Notes under the pieces: model-generated | Seen by the model: the letters and a program-made list of their open reading frames with translations, nothing else | Databases searched by the model: none | What the model was told of the DNA's origin: nothing | Shown here: piece after piece, positions 28,277 to 41,224 of the stretch | Position numbering within the stretch: position 1 is the stretch's first letter | How the letters are laid out: each line of letters starts with the position of its first letter | From: Eledone cirrhosa | Lineage: Eukaryota | Direction of reading: 5' to 3' | DNA length: 64,000 nt | NCBI GenBank assembly: GCA_964016885.1 | Contig: OZ024753.1 | Coordinates: 19,778,001-19,842,000, forward strand | Program-made: the position numbers and the translations under genes

Positions 28277-29220
28277 AGGATAAAAAGGACGATTGATTAT
28301 TCCTTCATTGCATTTATTGATAAGTGACGCGCGTTTCGCCACTGATCAGCTCAATGTGGGTATATATATGTGTATGTATGTATGTAAAACACATTCTACA
28401 TTGCCGCTCACCTTCCCCCCATCATCGTCGTTCGCCACCCCCAACAATACTCCCCCACTCTCCATATTCGTGTCCGAATGCGCACACGCACATACATGTG
28501 TGTACATATACATATGGCTGTGTGAGCGTGTGTCGATATGTGTGGACAGGGATGTGCGTATGTGTTTTGTGGTGGGTGTGTTTATACAACAGTATGTGTG
28601 CACATATATGCCTATATGTGTGTGCGTATACGTATATACAAAGCATCTGTCAGACGATGAGCGTCTAGCTATGTATGTAGGTAATGACCTTGACGCCACC
28701 AATACATCCGCCACACCACCGCAAACGCCACTACCATAGACAGCGGCACCAATACCACACCCCCACACACACGCCAACCCGTCTACTGGCAATCCACTCA
28801 CCTCATACCACAGCCCATCCCACTAAGCAACCATAACCACCACCATATCATAATATCCACCTCTACATACTCTACACGCCAAGGCCAATCAACCACCACC
28901 ACACCACAGCCCACCTCATCCACCCATCGTCACCAACATCTCACCATCACACCCACCCCCATATACACTACAGGCCAGTACATCGCCTTGATCCTTCCCA
29001 CCAATCAAAACAACTCATTTTGTCAAACTCTTGAATATCTGACTTTATCACATAACATGTATTTCATTTTCTTATAGCATTTTAAGAAGGTCCGTCGTGC
29101 TGCGGTTTTATTGAGTCGGGTAGGATCGATATAGATCGAACCTTGAGCTGATCAGTGCCGAAACGCGCGTCAGCTATCAATAAATGCAATGAAGGAATAA
29201 TCAATCGTCCTTTTTATCCT
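28277..29220 (+). mobile_element. PLE-like relic with 78-bp inverted termini and degenerate hammerhead
   Basis: 28277-28354 is the reverse complement of 29143-29220. GAAACGCGCGTC-AGCTAT at 29160-29177 followed by AATAAA; C/A-rich interior. Confidence 0.62.
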
Positions 29221-29797
29221 GTATATATATATATATATATAATATATATATGTGTATATATATATATACAGCCACTACCCCTTCACTTCCTGTAATGTAG
29301 TGGTGCTACACGTACATCACCTTATTTGTTAGCTCATGTATGCTCACCTGTGAACTTTGATATCTGTAAAAACAAACACATAATATAGTCAAAGTTATAT
29401 CAGATCATCTGACAATATTAACTGTGATAGGGTGTCCTCATAGACCGCCGAGAGTCAATTTTTCGTTTGTAACATATATCAGATCAATAATTACAAGTAC
29501 GAACATTCATTTCATTCTCTGCCTCACTCTCTCTCTCCCATCTCTCTCTCCCATCTCTCTCACTGTCTCTCTCAAACTCTCTCTCTTTCTTTTTCTTTCT
29601 ATATATATATTTATATATATATTTATATATATATATATATATATATCACATATTCTGTCTCTCTATCAATCTGTCTCTCACTCTCTCACAGACTTACTAT
29701 CTCTCTCTCATTCAACCTGAATATATATATATATATATATATATATAGATATAGATAGGTAAATATACACGGGTGTGTATGATTGTGTATAGAAGAT

Positions 29798-30047
29798 TAT
29801 ATTAATAAGAGGAATTCCAACTTTGTCTGATTTACTCGTTTTATTTACAATCCTTTAAAATATATATAATGGTATTATAATGAAATAGTATGATAGAATA
29901 TTAAATTCTAAGTGTTAATTGTTCAATTAACACTTAGAATTTAATATTCTATCATACTATTTCATTATAATACCATTATATATATTTTAAAGGATTGTAA
30001 ATAAAACGAGTAAATCAGACAAAGTTGGAATTCCTCTTATTAATATA
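29798..30047. repeat. Perfect palindrome (~124-bp arms, 2-nt loop)
   Basis: Mirror around AATTG-TT-CAATT at 29917-29928; abuts a long (TA)n. Confidence 0.92.
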
Positions 30048-30069
30048 TATATATATATATATATACATA

Positions 30070-30265
<196 letters not shown>

Positions 30266-30273
30266 CATATATG

Positions 30274-30354
<81 letters not shown>

Positions 30355-30356
<2 letters not shown>

Positions 30357-30560
30357 GGTTAACAGAAATTACAAGGCAAACGTCACATTATAATGAAGAA
30401 ATATATTAGTTTAACACATGAAATAGAAGGAAAACAGTCTTAACGTCTCGGTCACCAGTCCTTCATCGGAAGATGACATTAGAAATAGGAGAAAAATAAT
30501 AGAAAGACAAAGTGTGAGAATAGGAAGGAAGGGGGAGTAAAATGAGAAGAAAAAAAAGGG
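30355..30560 (-). mobile_element. PLE-like terminal fragment with degenerate hammerhead (30438-30473)
   Basis: Minus strand TCTT-CCGATGA-AGG...CC-GAGA-CG-TT-AAGA; similar motif on the plus strand at 33109-33155. Confidence 0.5.
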
Positions 30561-31195
30561 GGGAATATCCGAGCTTGACCTCTTGGTTAGTGTAGGGGTC
30601 GTGATGAATTGGTAGCGTTTTGGATGGGATAATTGAGGACCTTACATTTATATATTATATAGAGTCGGGTCCCGAGTAGACTGTTGAGTAATGGTCTGAC
30701 TGGCTTTAAACTGTATATATATGAAAACAAACGTGCTACGTGGATGCAAATGGGTTACATATGAATAAAGTTAGTCCTTCGTCAGTGATCTTCCAACCAT
30801 CATTGGTATTTCATCGCTTTAAAGACCATATACTTCCGGTTGGTGCGAGCAACGGTTAAAGAAAGTCGTTGGGACACGTAAATAAGAGGAACGAGCGAGA
30901 CTGTAAACAAACAAAGATGGTAAAACAACGAAAAGTGAGGAAGAAAGAGTCAAGTCCCAGATTTCCATGAATATAAGTTCGGTGAAATCGTGAACGAGAG
31001 AGAATAAAGCCCATCAAACCTAGTCGAAATGTGAGCAAGGAAGGAATTCTGCACAGGTCAAACCGGAGAAAGAAGGAGTCTAGTCCCTGAATTCGGTGAA
31101 CATAAGTTCTGTGAAATCGAGGACAAGAGAGAAAAAAGGAACAATCAGCCTGGTCAAGCGTGCGCGAGAAAAGAATTACGCACAGGTCAAACGGG

Positions 31196-31580
<385 letters not shown>

Positions 31581-31583
31581 ATA

Positions 31584-31646
<63 letters not shown>

Positions 31647-31649
<3 letters not shown>

Positions 31650-32075
31650 CGGTCTATAATGTCTCTTTACAATTTGAAAAATATATTACAAAGGCAATAG
31701 GTGAGATATCTGAATCAGATTTGTTCTTTGTTCTCATTAATTATCACAGTTCTTTAATCAAACTGCATTTGTGCATTTCTGGTATCCTGTTGATAAAAGA
31801 GGTACTGTTAAATGAACCCCTAAAAAATGGCTACTACTCAAGAAAAGGCACAATGTCTGTCATGGTTTATTGAAAGAAAATGGGATACACTGACTCAGCG
31901 AAACTACAGAACTAAATATGGAAGAGATCCACCGTGTGGTGTGGGACTATGTGTAATCGAACCATTGGCCCATTTTTCTTCAACGAGACATCAATTACTG
32001 CAAATATTTACCTTGACCTTTTGACTGAATATGTGGCACCACAACTAGATGACCTTCAACCAAGAATCATTTTCA
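31647..32075 (+). mobile_element. Deleted Tc1/mariner-superfamily transposon
   Basis: MATTQEKAQCLSWFIE...TQRNYRTKYGRDPP (N-terminal HTH-like) joined directly to VWCG...IGPFFFNETSITANIYLDLL...IIF (DDE-region remnant). Confidence 0.8.
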
Positions 32076-32149
32076 CCCTCCTCAAGTTTGGTGGGTTTGC
32101 CGGGGACATCCAATAAAGTTGTTTTATTTTGTTGAGCGAGAGACTCCTA

Positions 32150-32490
32150 ATCTTCATTAAGACATCTCTCTATGAGAAGGTCACTTTCATATAAAACCTG
32201 TAATTTCGTTTGTATCCAACGATGTAGACCAGTTCTAATTTTGGGGCAAATGTATTCGATGTTCAGAGAGTGGGATTGGCCTTGTGCAAAGCCTTTCCTC
32301 ATTTAAAAAAGTTTCAAGCAGAATTATGACTTGATATGTGACATTTCTTGTGATGTATGATATAGCTGGCCATAGGCAAGTTCGTAGCAGGACAAAACCG
32401 CCATGTCTGTGATGCTTATGTTTAAATATCAGGCGATGGGCTTACCTGGAATCTAGTTGCAGCCATCATGTATGTATGTATGTATGTATG

Positions 32491-32521
<31 letters not shown>

Positions 32522-32554
32522 GCATGTATGTATGTATGTATGTATGTATGTATG

Positions 32555-32583
<29 letters not shown>
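32150..32583 (+). mobile_element. Diverged family B relative with (TATG)n tail
   Basis: AGAGTGGGATTGGCCTTGTGCA and terminal GCAGCCATCAT followed by (GTAT)n. Confidence 0.5.
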
Positions 32584-32585
<2 letters not shown>

Positions 32586-32954
32586 GTTCCCGAATTGTGA
32601 CGGGAGATGGCCACAGTTTAAAAAGGGTACACAATACTTTAGTAGAGTATAGGCATTTCTTATTATATATATGACTTCTACAGTACTAGGAGTGATTCAT
32701 TCATATGTAATCATGTGATGATTTTATACGAATAAAACAGTTTTCATTTTTGTCCTCTCTTTACGTTGCCTCACCATTCGTGTCTATTTACCTGTCTCTC
32801 TTTCACCACCCAACTCTTTTTATCCCCATAACTTATTTTAGTTATTGTATCGCCCTAGGTGGAGGTATATGGTCTGTAATGCGAAGAAATACCTATGATG
32901 GCTAGTAGACAACTGATGACGGATATTCCTAACTTCTATTTCTAATGTTTCATT

Positions 32955-33037
<83 letters not shown>

Positions 33038-34037
33038 CAATATCCTTACCCTCCCGTTCCTTCATCTTATCACTCTTGCTTTCTATCTATATTCTATTTC
33101 TAACTCTATATTCTGATGAAGGGTCTGAAACGTTTGAACGCTCTTCCTGCTATTTCAAGCGTTCAATTTATATATATCTGTTCCGTGTGCCGTGCCGTTC
33201 ATTTTGTTATTTCTGTTTATGGTTTACACACACACATCTATATATATGTATGTATGTATATGTGTGTGTGTGTTCGTGTGTGTATGTATGTCTGTGTGTG
33301 TGTGTATGTATGTGTGTGTGTCTGTCTGTGTGTGTCTGTATGTGTGTGTGTGTATGTGTGTGTGAGAGGACGATAAACTGCACCCCAATTGAACAAAATT
33401 AATTTTAATCAATCCTCGAGCTACGTCATGTTTCAAAATCACAATATGCAACTAGAAAATAAATTAATTTTAACCATTTCAATAAAATCTCCATCTTCAA
33501 TAGATTCCATGTGCAACCATAAAAATTGGAGACTTAAGATTTGAGAAAGTAATTGAAAGGAAAAGAAAGACTTTCCTTACTAAGACAGCCCTTGTATATA
33601 TGGAAAATATATAGAAACTTTACTTTACTGCTTCAAAATCCCTAGAACAAGAGACACAACTGTGTTGTGGACAATAAGATCTCGTTGATAAACTATCAAA
33701 GAATTGAGCCTAGAACACAATGTTATTTTATATAATTTATATCACACTGATTTTGTGTTTCTCCTATGCAGAAACATATTTAATGAAACAAATACCTGGG
33801 TGAAATAATGTCGTCTGGTATCACAATCATAGATTTCGACTCCTTTACGAATATATTCGAGCTTCAATAAGAATATAGAAAATATACTTAAATGCTGAAC
33901 ACACATGAACGCCAAATTGTCAGTCGTTATACCTTTCGATACTTACTAAATTTATCTCATCCCTGCCCCCTCCCTCTCTCTCTTCTCTCTCTCTCTCTCT
34001 CTCACTCTCTCTCTCTATCTCTCCCTTTATATATATA

Positions 34038-34290
34038 TTTACCGGTTGCGCATTTCTAAATGCTTTTCAAAAATAATTTTGAGATAGAGTGTCCATGTCA
34101 GAGCAAACAGCACGGACACTCTATCTCAAAATTATTTTTGAAAAGCATTTAGAAATGCGCAACCGGTAAAAACTTAAAAACTTAAAACCACAACTGAATA
34201 CTAACCCATACAATCACTAATACTCTTTTATTCCTAATTAAACCATTTTTCAACTGTGAACAATTTGTCAGCATTTTCTATTCCGTTTAC
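34038..34290 (+). mobile_element. Fold-back element with variant hammerhead-like motif (relative at 57640-57780)
   Basis: Inverted arms 34038-34094 / 34114-34170; TTGAAAA-GCATTT ag AAATGC-GCAA-CCGG-TA-AAAA at 34138-34172. Confidence 0.6.
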
Positions 34291-34546
34291 CAATATATAT
34301 ATATATATATATATACATATAAATATATATATAAAATATGGTGGCTGCCAACTCGTTTTCGTGAACAGCCACTACGTTATATCCATGTAGGAGAATTTCT
34401 ACCGATGCGCTGAACGAGTGTGATTTTTAGTCCAGCCAGCGACTTGAAAACTCTGGTAGAAACACTACACTTGTGACATATATATATATATACATATATA
34501 TATTTATATATATATAAATATGTATATACATATATATATATATATC

Positions 34547-34588
<42 letters not shown>

Positions 34589-34750
34589 TATATTTGTATA
34601 TATATATATTGTTATACTTTGGGAGGGTCATGTTACCAATAAGAAACACACGCACCAGTTGCTTTCACTTCAATTTATTATAATAAATTAATAAATTTAT
34701 AAATTTCTGGTTGGTTGGTTGGTTCCACAACCAGATAGTTGTTTATATAT

Positions 34751-34795
34751 AGTCATAGTTCTTTCGTCACACACTCTGTGACCTCTTCAGTGACT
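34751..34795 (-). ncRNA. Type I hammerhead ribozyme (inverted pLTR copy)
   Basis: Exact reverse complement of 35291-35335. Confidence 0.85.
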
Positions 34796-34815
34796 GGGGA
34801 TTCCTTTCTTTATTT

Positions 34816-35094
34816 ATGTATATAGTGTACATAGGTGAGACAGCTCGTAGTGTAGGGGAACGGATAAATGAACACTGGCGAGACCTTCAAGATAATAAAG
34901 AATCATCTGTACTCTACCAACATGCTAAAATAGAACACAAGAGTAAATTAGAGAACATAGAAATAAAAATAGAATCTACACACAGAAAAGACGCAATGTT
35001 TAGACAAATTACAGAGGCAATAAACATAAAAGAATTACAACCAAAATTAAATAGAAAATATGTGTGGAACAGCAACATCACAACTTACAATTAA
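34816..35094 (+). pseudogene. Penelope GIY-YIG endonuclease C-terminal fragment
   Basis: VYIGETARSVGERINEH...SVLYQHAKIEH...RQITEAINIKELQPKLNR: YIG motif, conserved R, catalytic E and terminal LN. Confidence 0.9.
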
Positions 35095-35290
35095 GGACAA
35101 AATGAAAACACACACATAGAACAAATAACCAACCAGTAACATGTAAATAAACAAATAAATAAATGAACATAAATACACACAGACACCCGGATGTGACGCA
35201 TGCGCAGACTGAGCACACAACACACACACAGAAACAAAATGGCGTAGGACAGAACAAAGGAGAGGCACAGAAACAAAGAAAGGAATCCCC

Positions 35291-35335
35291 AGTCACTGAA
35301 GAGGTCACAGAGTGTGTGACGAAAGAACTATGACT
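35291..35335 (+). ncRNA. Type I hammerhead ribozyme
   Basis: Stem I AGTCA/TGACT; CTGAAGA; stem II GTCACA/TGTGAC; GAAA; minimal stem III A-G-aa-C-T; CUA triplet. Confidence 0.88.
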
Positions 35336-35569
35336 ATATATAAACAACTATCTGGTTGTGCAACCAACCAACCAGAAATTTATAAAATTATAAATTTATT
35401 ATAAATTTATTATAATAAATTGAAGTGAAAGCAACTGGTGGGTGTGTTTCTTATTGGCAACATGACCCTCCCACATATAACAATATCGGTTTCAACACAT
35501 GATTTCAGATAAAGAATCTTGCTAAACAAATTCAGAAACGAAATATATATATATACATATATGTATATA

Positions 35570-35644
<75 letters not shown>

Positions 35645-35910
35645 TATATATATGTATGTATATATATATATATATACATATATATACAAATATACATACA
35701 TATATATAGTCATATATATATATACATATATAGATATATATCGACATATATCTACATATATACACATACATCTATATATGTATGTATATTTGTAGATATA
35801 TGTCTATATATGTATCTACATATATAAAATCGTATATAGACATATATATATACATATATAGACATATATATATATATATACATATATATACATATATATA
35901 TACATATATA

Positions 35911-36017
<107 letters not shown>

Positions 36018-36047
36018 CACATACATAAACGTACATACACATACATA

Positions 36048-36258
36048 TCGTTAGTCGATCGACTTTCGTCAAATCAGACCGAGGAAGCAATGTTTCCATG
36101 GGTGTTTCAAATTCCTAATACTATCTATCGTTCGCAACTGCAGGTAGAAGGAGCAAATAAAGTGTCTTGCTCAAGGACATAACGAATCACTCGGTCCAGG
36201 AATGAAATCACAACCTCACGATTGTGAATCGAATTGTCTAACCACTCACCCACGCGCG
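36048..36258 (-). mobile_element. tRNA-derived SINE, family S2
   Basis: Reverse complement of 60006-60213 (…TGTCC.TGAGCAAGACACTTTATTT… central domain). Confidence 0.8.
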
Positions 36259-36446
36259 TTCATTTACACACATATATATATATACACATACATATATATA
36301 CATATATAGACATATATACACATATATATATATACATATATACTGTACATACATATATATATACATATGTATATATATACACATATATGCATACATATAT
36401 ATACATACATATATATACATATATATATATAGAGATATCTAGACAT

Positions 36447-37094
36447 ATGATGGCTGCCCCCTCGTTATCGAGAATGGCCATTGCACAATATACCATTATT
36501 AATAATTATTAATTAATTCTACCGTGCAATGCTTATGGCATCATCCGGTGACAGCATCAGGCGTTCGAAATTGCTTGAAAGTTAAGCCTCGAACATACAC
36601 TAGGTATCACCTGATACTATTGCTACTCTTCTATCCTCTATATCTATATGTATAACCTTGCTCTCTCCAACCGTGCTCTATATTATCCATTTACTCCAAC
36701 TTGATCTGTATCCTATTTCTTCTGTATTGTGATTTCTTCGATATGTTCTTTTAGAGGCTGGATTCTTATAGAATTCCAGTAATAATCAGGAACTGATTTT
36801 ACAGAGCGATTGCCGGTCCAGCAAAAATTACAAATTATGATTGGTGCTCTGAAATAGCGATGTAGTTACCGATGATGTTGATCTTTTCTTCTTTTCGGGT
36901 TATAGCTACTGTCGGTCAGAGAGTGGGATTGGCTCAGTGCACAGTCTTTCCTCACTTTAAAAAATATCCTCACGCACAGGCATTACACGATAGCATTAAT
37001 TAATAGTGCCTAAAGTAGAAACAATTAATTAATAATTATTAATAATGGTATATCGTGTAATGGCCATACTCGATAACGAGGGGGAAGCCATCAT
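36447..37094. mobile_element. Element bounded by ~70-bp inverted repeats with family B-like interior
   Basis: ATGATGGCTGCCCCCTCGTTATCGAG...TTAATTAATT is mirrored at 37023-37094; interior GAGTGGGATTGGCTCAGTGCA resembles family B. Confidence 0.6.
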
Positions 37095-37651
37095 GTATAT
37101 ATATATTTGGCAATATACCGTATGTTTAATTTAAAATATTTTGAAGACCTTGTGCTATAATTTTAAAGTAGTGACTATGTCACTTACTTCTTCTGAAATG
37201 AATTGCTGTTCCAACAATATTCTTTCATGAATGGTCTTTAGAAATAGGATGTAATTTGACGCTTCAGGTAAGTGTTATACATCTATAAACATGCTTAGAT
37301 TCAGCCATTATTCCAACATACCGTCTGTGTGTTCACCTGTGTATGTATGTGTGTGAGCTTGTATGAGTACGTGCATATAGATGTAACTGTGTCTTTGTGT
37401 GTACAAAACTGCTTTTGTATATGCATGAATCTGTGCTTATGTGCCTATAATGCGTGTATATGTGTGTAGATCTGTGTGTATGAGTATAGGTGTGTGGGTG
37501 TGTGTGTGTGTGCTGGAAGAGGGTGAAAGTGAGGCATCAAACTGTTGAATACATCATATTTCTAATGAATGTCACGATTATTTTCAAATATTTTTTTAAA
37601 TATTCGAGAATATGAAAAGATTTATTAACATAACACTCTTATTATTATGCC

Positions 37652-37875
37652 AGGCGGTTGATTGGCAGAACCGGTAGAGCGTCGGAAAACATGCTTTGTG
37701 GCATATTGTTACAGCCCTTTACGTTCATAGTTCAAATGCCGCTGAGGTTAGCTTTGCCATTCATCGTCACATGATCGATAAAATACTGTACCAGTAACGC
37801 ACTGGGGTTTATTTAATCGTTTTCTCAACCCCCCTTCGAATTACTGGCTTTGTGTCAAATGTAGAAATTATTATT
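37652..37875 (+). mobile_element. SINE S1 (older subfamily)
   Basis: A/B boxes plus S1 body with the longer C-rich segment also seen at 12070. Confidence 0.82.
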
Positions 37876-38603
37876 AAGCCGATGTTTAGATCATAAAAGC
37901 CTTATTTAAAGTGTCTATATGTATCTAAATATCTCCCTTCGTAATTGAAGACACCAGTACTTCTTGAAGAAGATGCCTTATATTCACTTGACCAGAAGGT
38001 GTTCATGTCATCAGACAGTGTCCATCATTGAACATCCAATAAACATTGGACCCCGACTGATGATATCAGCACCCCCTGGACATTTCTGGCTGGTAATGTT
38101 GGCTTTGTCTTGTCGCTATCTGCTACTATCAAAGTTGAAGTTTACTGTGGTAGTAAGTATAGAGTTTCTTCTGTTGACAAGGAAAATGTCTCCTCTGAGT
38201 CCATTTTTTTCAGAATTGGTGACAGTTGTCGTGGTAGTAGATGGCATAGTGTCTTCCTTTACGCTCCCCTCTCCAAGAGCGTTCTCTGTGTGTGACAAAG
38301 GCAGAGTGTGTGTTGACATTTTTAAATTTTCACAGTATTTTTTTCAATTTTTGAAACTAGAAAGTTAATATTCGCCTCTAAGCGCTTGGGACTTAGAGAA
38401 ACCAGCCCCCTCTATGTTCACCGAAGGTTCCTGAAGGTCAGGTCTCTCCTTAAATAAGTTACTATGACTACATTTATGATCGAAGGTATTTAGACACATT
38501 GACGATGTTTTCCAGGAAAAAGCACGATATGTGAGTGTGTGTGTGAGTGTGCGTGTGTGTGTGAGTGTTTGTGTGAGTGTGCGTGTGTGGTTGTGTGTGT
38601 GTA

Positions 38604-38636
<33 letters not shown>

Positions 38637-39502
38637 ATGTGTGTGTGTGTGTGTGTGAGAAAGTGTGAATGTCTGAGTGTGTGCATATGGGTGTGTTTGA
38701 TTGTGTGTGTACTTATGTGTGTGAGTGTGAATGTGTGAGTATGTGTGTATGTATGTGTGTGTGTGAGAGAGAGCGTTAATGCGTGTGTGTGTGTGTGTGC
38801 GTATGTGGGTGTGGGTGTCTGTGTGTGTGTGTGTGTGAATATGTGAGTGTGTGTGTGTGTGTTTATGTGTGTGAGAGAGAGAGGTTTATTTTTCAACATA
38901 ATCCCAAGAAAGAAGAAATGCAGTTATTTATAATTGATAAGAAGAGTTGAAATTAATGCATGCAAGATTTCACAGCACTAGCATCACTCCTTCATAGTCT
39001 ATCTATGGACTATCCACAAAATCGAATAAATGATTCAGTAAACGTGATTGTATGTCTCCAAATATAGGTATCAATAATATTCTATTGATTTACAATATAA
39101 GTATAACTTTATTTTTATTGTCCTAATTATTATTTTGACTTTCATATATTTTCTTCATCTAAATAATATATCATAAAATGTCTTTCTACACTGAAAGTAA
39201 TTGCAATTTTTTAATTGAATTCTCTCTTCGAATAATTTCTTTTTAAGTTGTCACAAACTTCTAATTATTCCAACGTTTATCCTCTGAAGAAATTGTGTCT
39301 TTTCCATTCCCTGCCACTTAAGTTTCCCGTCAGTCTCTGATGACTCAAATAAACAATCCGGGAGGTTTTGTATTTTGTGTATATATTTTTTTATTTACAT
39401 TGATCCGATAACGAGTATAAATACATATATATATGTGGTGCGTGTGTGTGTGTGTGTGTGTGTATGTCCGTGTGCGTGTGTGTGTGTGCGTGTGCGCGTG
39501 TA

Positions 39503-39544
<42 letters not shown>

Positions 39545-40201
39545 CATACATATATATGGATATACATATATAAAAAAATGTAAGAACCATTAGTATTTCC
39601 TCTCCCAATCATTATAAATCACCCACATAAAAACTCATTTAAACGAGGTGATAATTTTAAAATGTACTTATGAAGAAATAATGGACAAATGATACAGACT
39701 CTTTTTCGCGATGTACAGCCATATGACACTTGTCTAATTATTTCTTCTAGCCTGTAGAAATTGACTAGACAAATAGTTAACTACACGGAATTAGGTAATA
39801 AAGGGGGAAATCAGGAAGCAGGATCATATCAATATGATTAAGAACCAGTAGTTAAAGACATTAAAATACTTTAAACAATCTGGTATAAAGAAAGGAAAAC
39901 AGCTGCTATAAGGTATTCAAGCATAATATAGGCATATCATACATTGAAAAATTTATTTGCACCATGAGCACTACAACAGTCTATAAAATCTAGTGCATGG
40001 ATCAAATATAAACTTAAATTGTAAAAATACATCTTCAATGTACATTTTTACAATATTTATAATAAAAAGTTCAGCTCCATTCTACAATCCTAAGTAGACA
40101 TATAATCTGTAAAACGGAGCTTATTCGTCTATATGAGTGCTATCTGAAATATCTGAATATTTATATACTTGTATTTCCGTGTTTATCTATCTATATATCT
40201 G

Positions 40202-41224
40202 AGTGTGCCCAGGCGCTCACCGCCCTCTGGCAGGCGGATCCGGTTATCAGTGGAGACTCCACCGCAACATTCTATAGAGGGCTGGTACGCAGCAGGTGCG
40301 ACGACGCCCTCGGAGAAGCCCTAGACATGGAGGAGGACGAACTGGCCGGCCTGTTCGGTAGGACATTCAGCCCCGGACCTATGGACAACTTCCAGAAGTC
40401 CCTGGCCTGGAAGTGCTACCGAGGAGCTTTACCCGTTCGAGAAAGGCTCTACAGACACGGGCGCCCGGGTAGGGACCCCGCCAAAAAGATCTGTCCCAGA
40501 TGCGTGTGCGACGAGGAAACCGTTGCACACGCATTGGTACACTTCTCGGGCGTAGCCGATCTGTGGGGCTATGTCGAACAACTGCTGTCAAGGGTGGGAC
40601 CGATCCGGTTGACCACCGAGTCTATTGTAATGATCAAGCCCCCCCCCCTTCACAGATGAAGTAGAGGCGGTGTTTCTGTGCGTAATAGCCATGGCGAAAG
40701 AGGTTGTATGGTGGACGCGTCTGAAAGGACTGAGGTCAGGCACCTTTCTCTCTGGCCAACAACTGGTCCGTTTCTTCCGATATCATTTCGGAAGAAGGAT
40801 CAGGATGGAGAGAGAGGTGCTGCACCCCAGTCGTTTTTATGAAAGGTGGGTGAAAGTGGCGAGAATGACCCGTGTGAATGGGCCTTCCCTTTACATGAGC
40901 CTGTAGGTGGAAAAGAGGAAGGAACGAGGGAGCACCCCTCTCTGTGCTCCTGAGGAAAAGGGTTGCACACTTTTTTCGGGGGTGTGTGCGACCCTCCAAG
41001 GCGCCTCCTCTCTATTGAGGATTTTGTTATAAATTTTATTTTTTGTTATATTTTATAACAAAATCCTCTATTGAGGATTTTGTTATAATTCTATTTTTTG
41101 TTATATTTTATTTTATTTTTATATATTGTTATTGCCTCCTCCCTATTGAGGACGCCTTGTTTTGTAAACTCCCCCCATTGTACTTGTCCCACTTTTGATG
41201 CCCTTGTGGCAAATAAAAGAAACA
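40202..41224 (+). mobile_element. 5'-truncated L1/Tx1-clade retrotransposon 3' end
   Basis: zf-RVT-like AWKCYRGALPVRERL...CPRC...ETVAHAL (40327-40906, frameshifted); AATAAA at the 3' end; 18-bp TSD TATCTATCTATATATCTG at 40184-40201 and 41225-41242. Confidence 0.87.

Larger units (their letters stand above)
34607..35545 (+). mobile_element. 5'-truncated Penelope-like element (family E) with inverted pLTR
   Basis: GIY-YIG C-terminal ORF 34816-35094, then pLTR; 34607-34812 is an inverted copy of 35275-35485; (TA)n on both sides. Confidence 0.9.

Noticed and set aside
32905-32945. CTGATGA-CGGATATTCC-TAAC (and CTGACGA on the minus strand near 16240) as a hammerhead
   Set aside because: GAAA and stem III/stem I pairing are absent in both copies; at most a decayed remnant.
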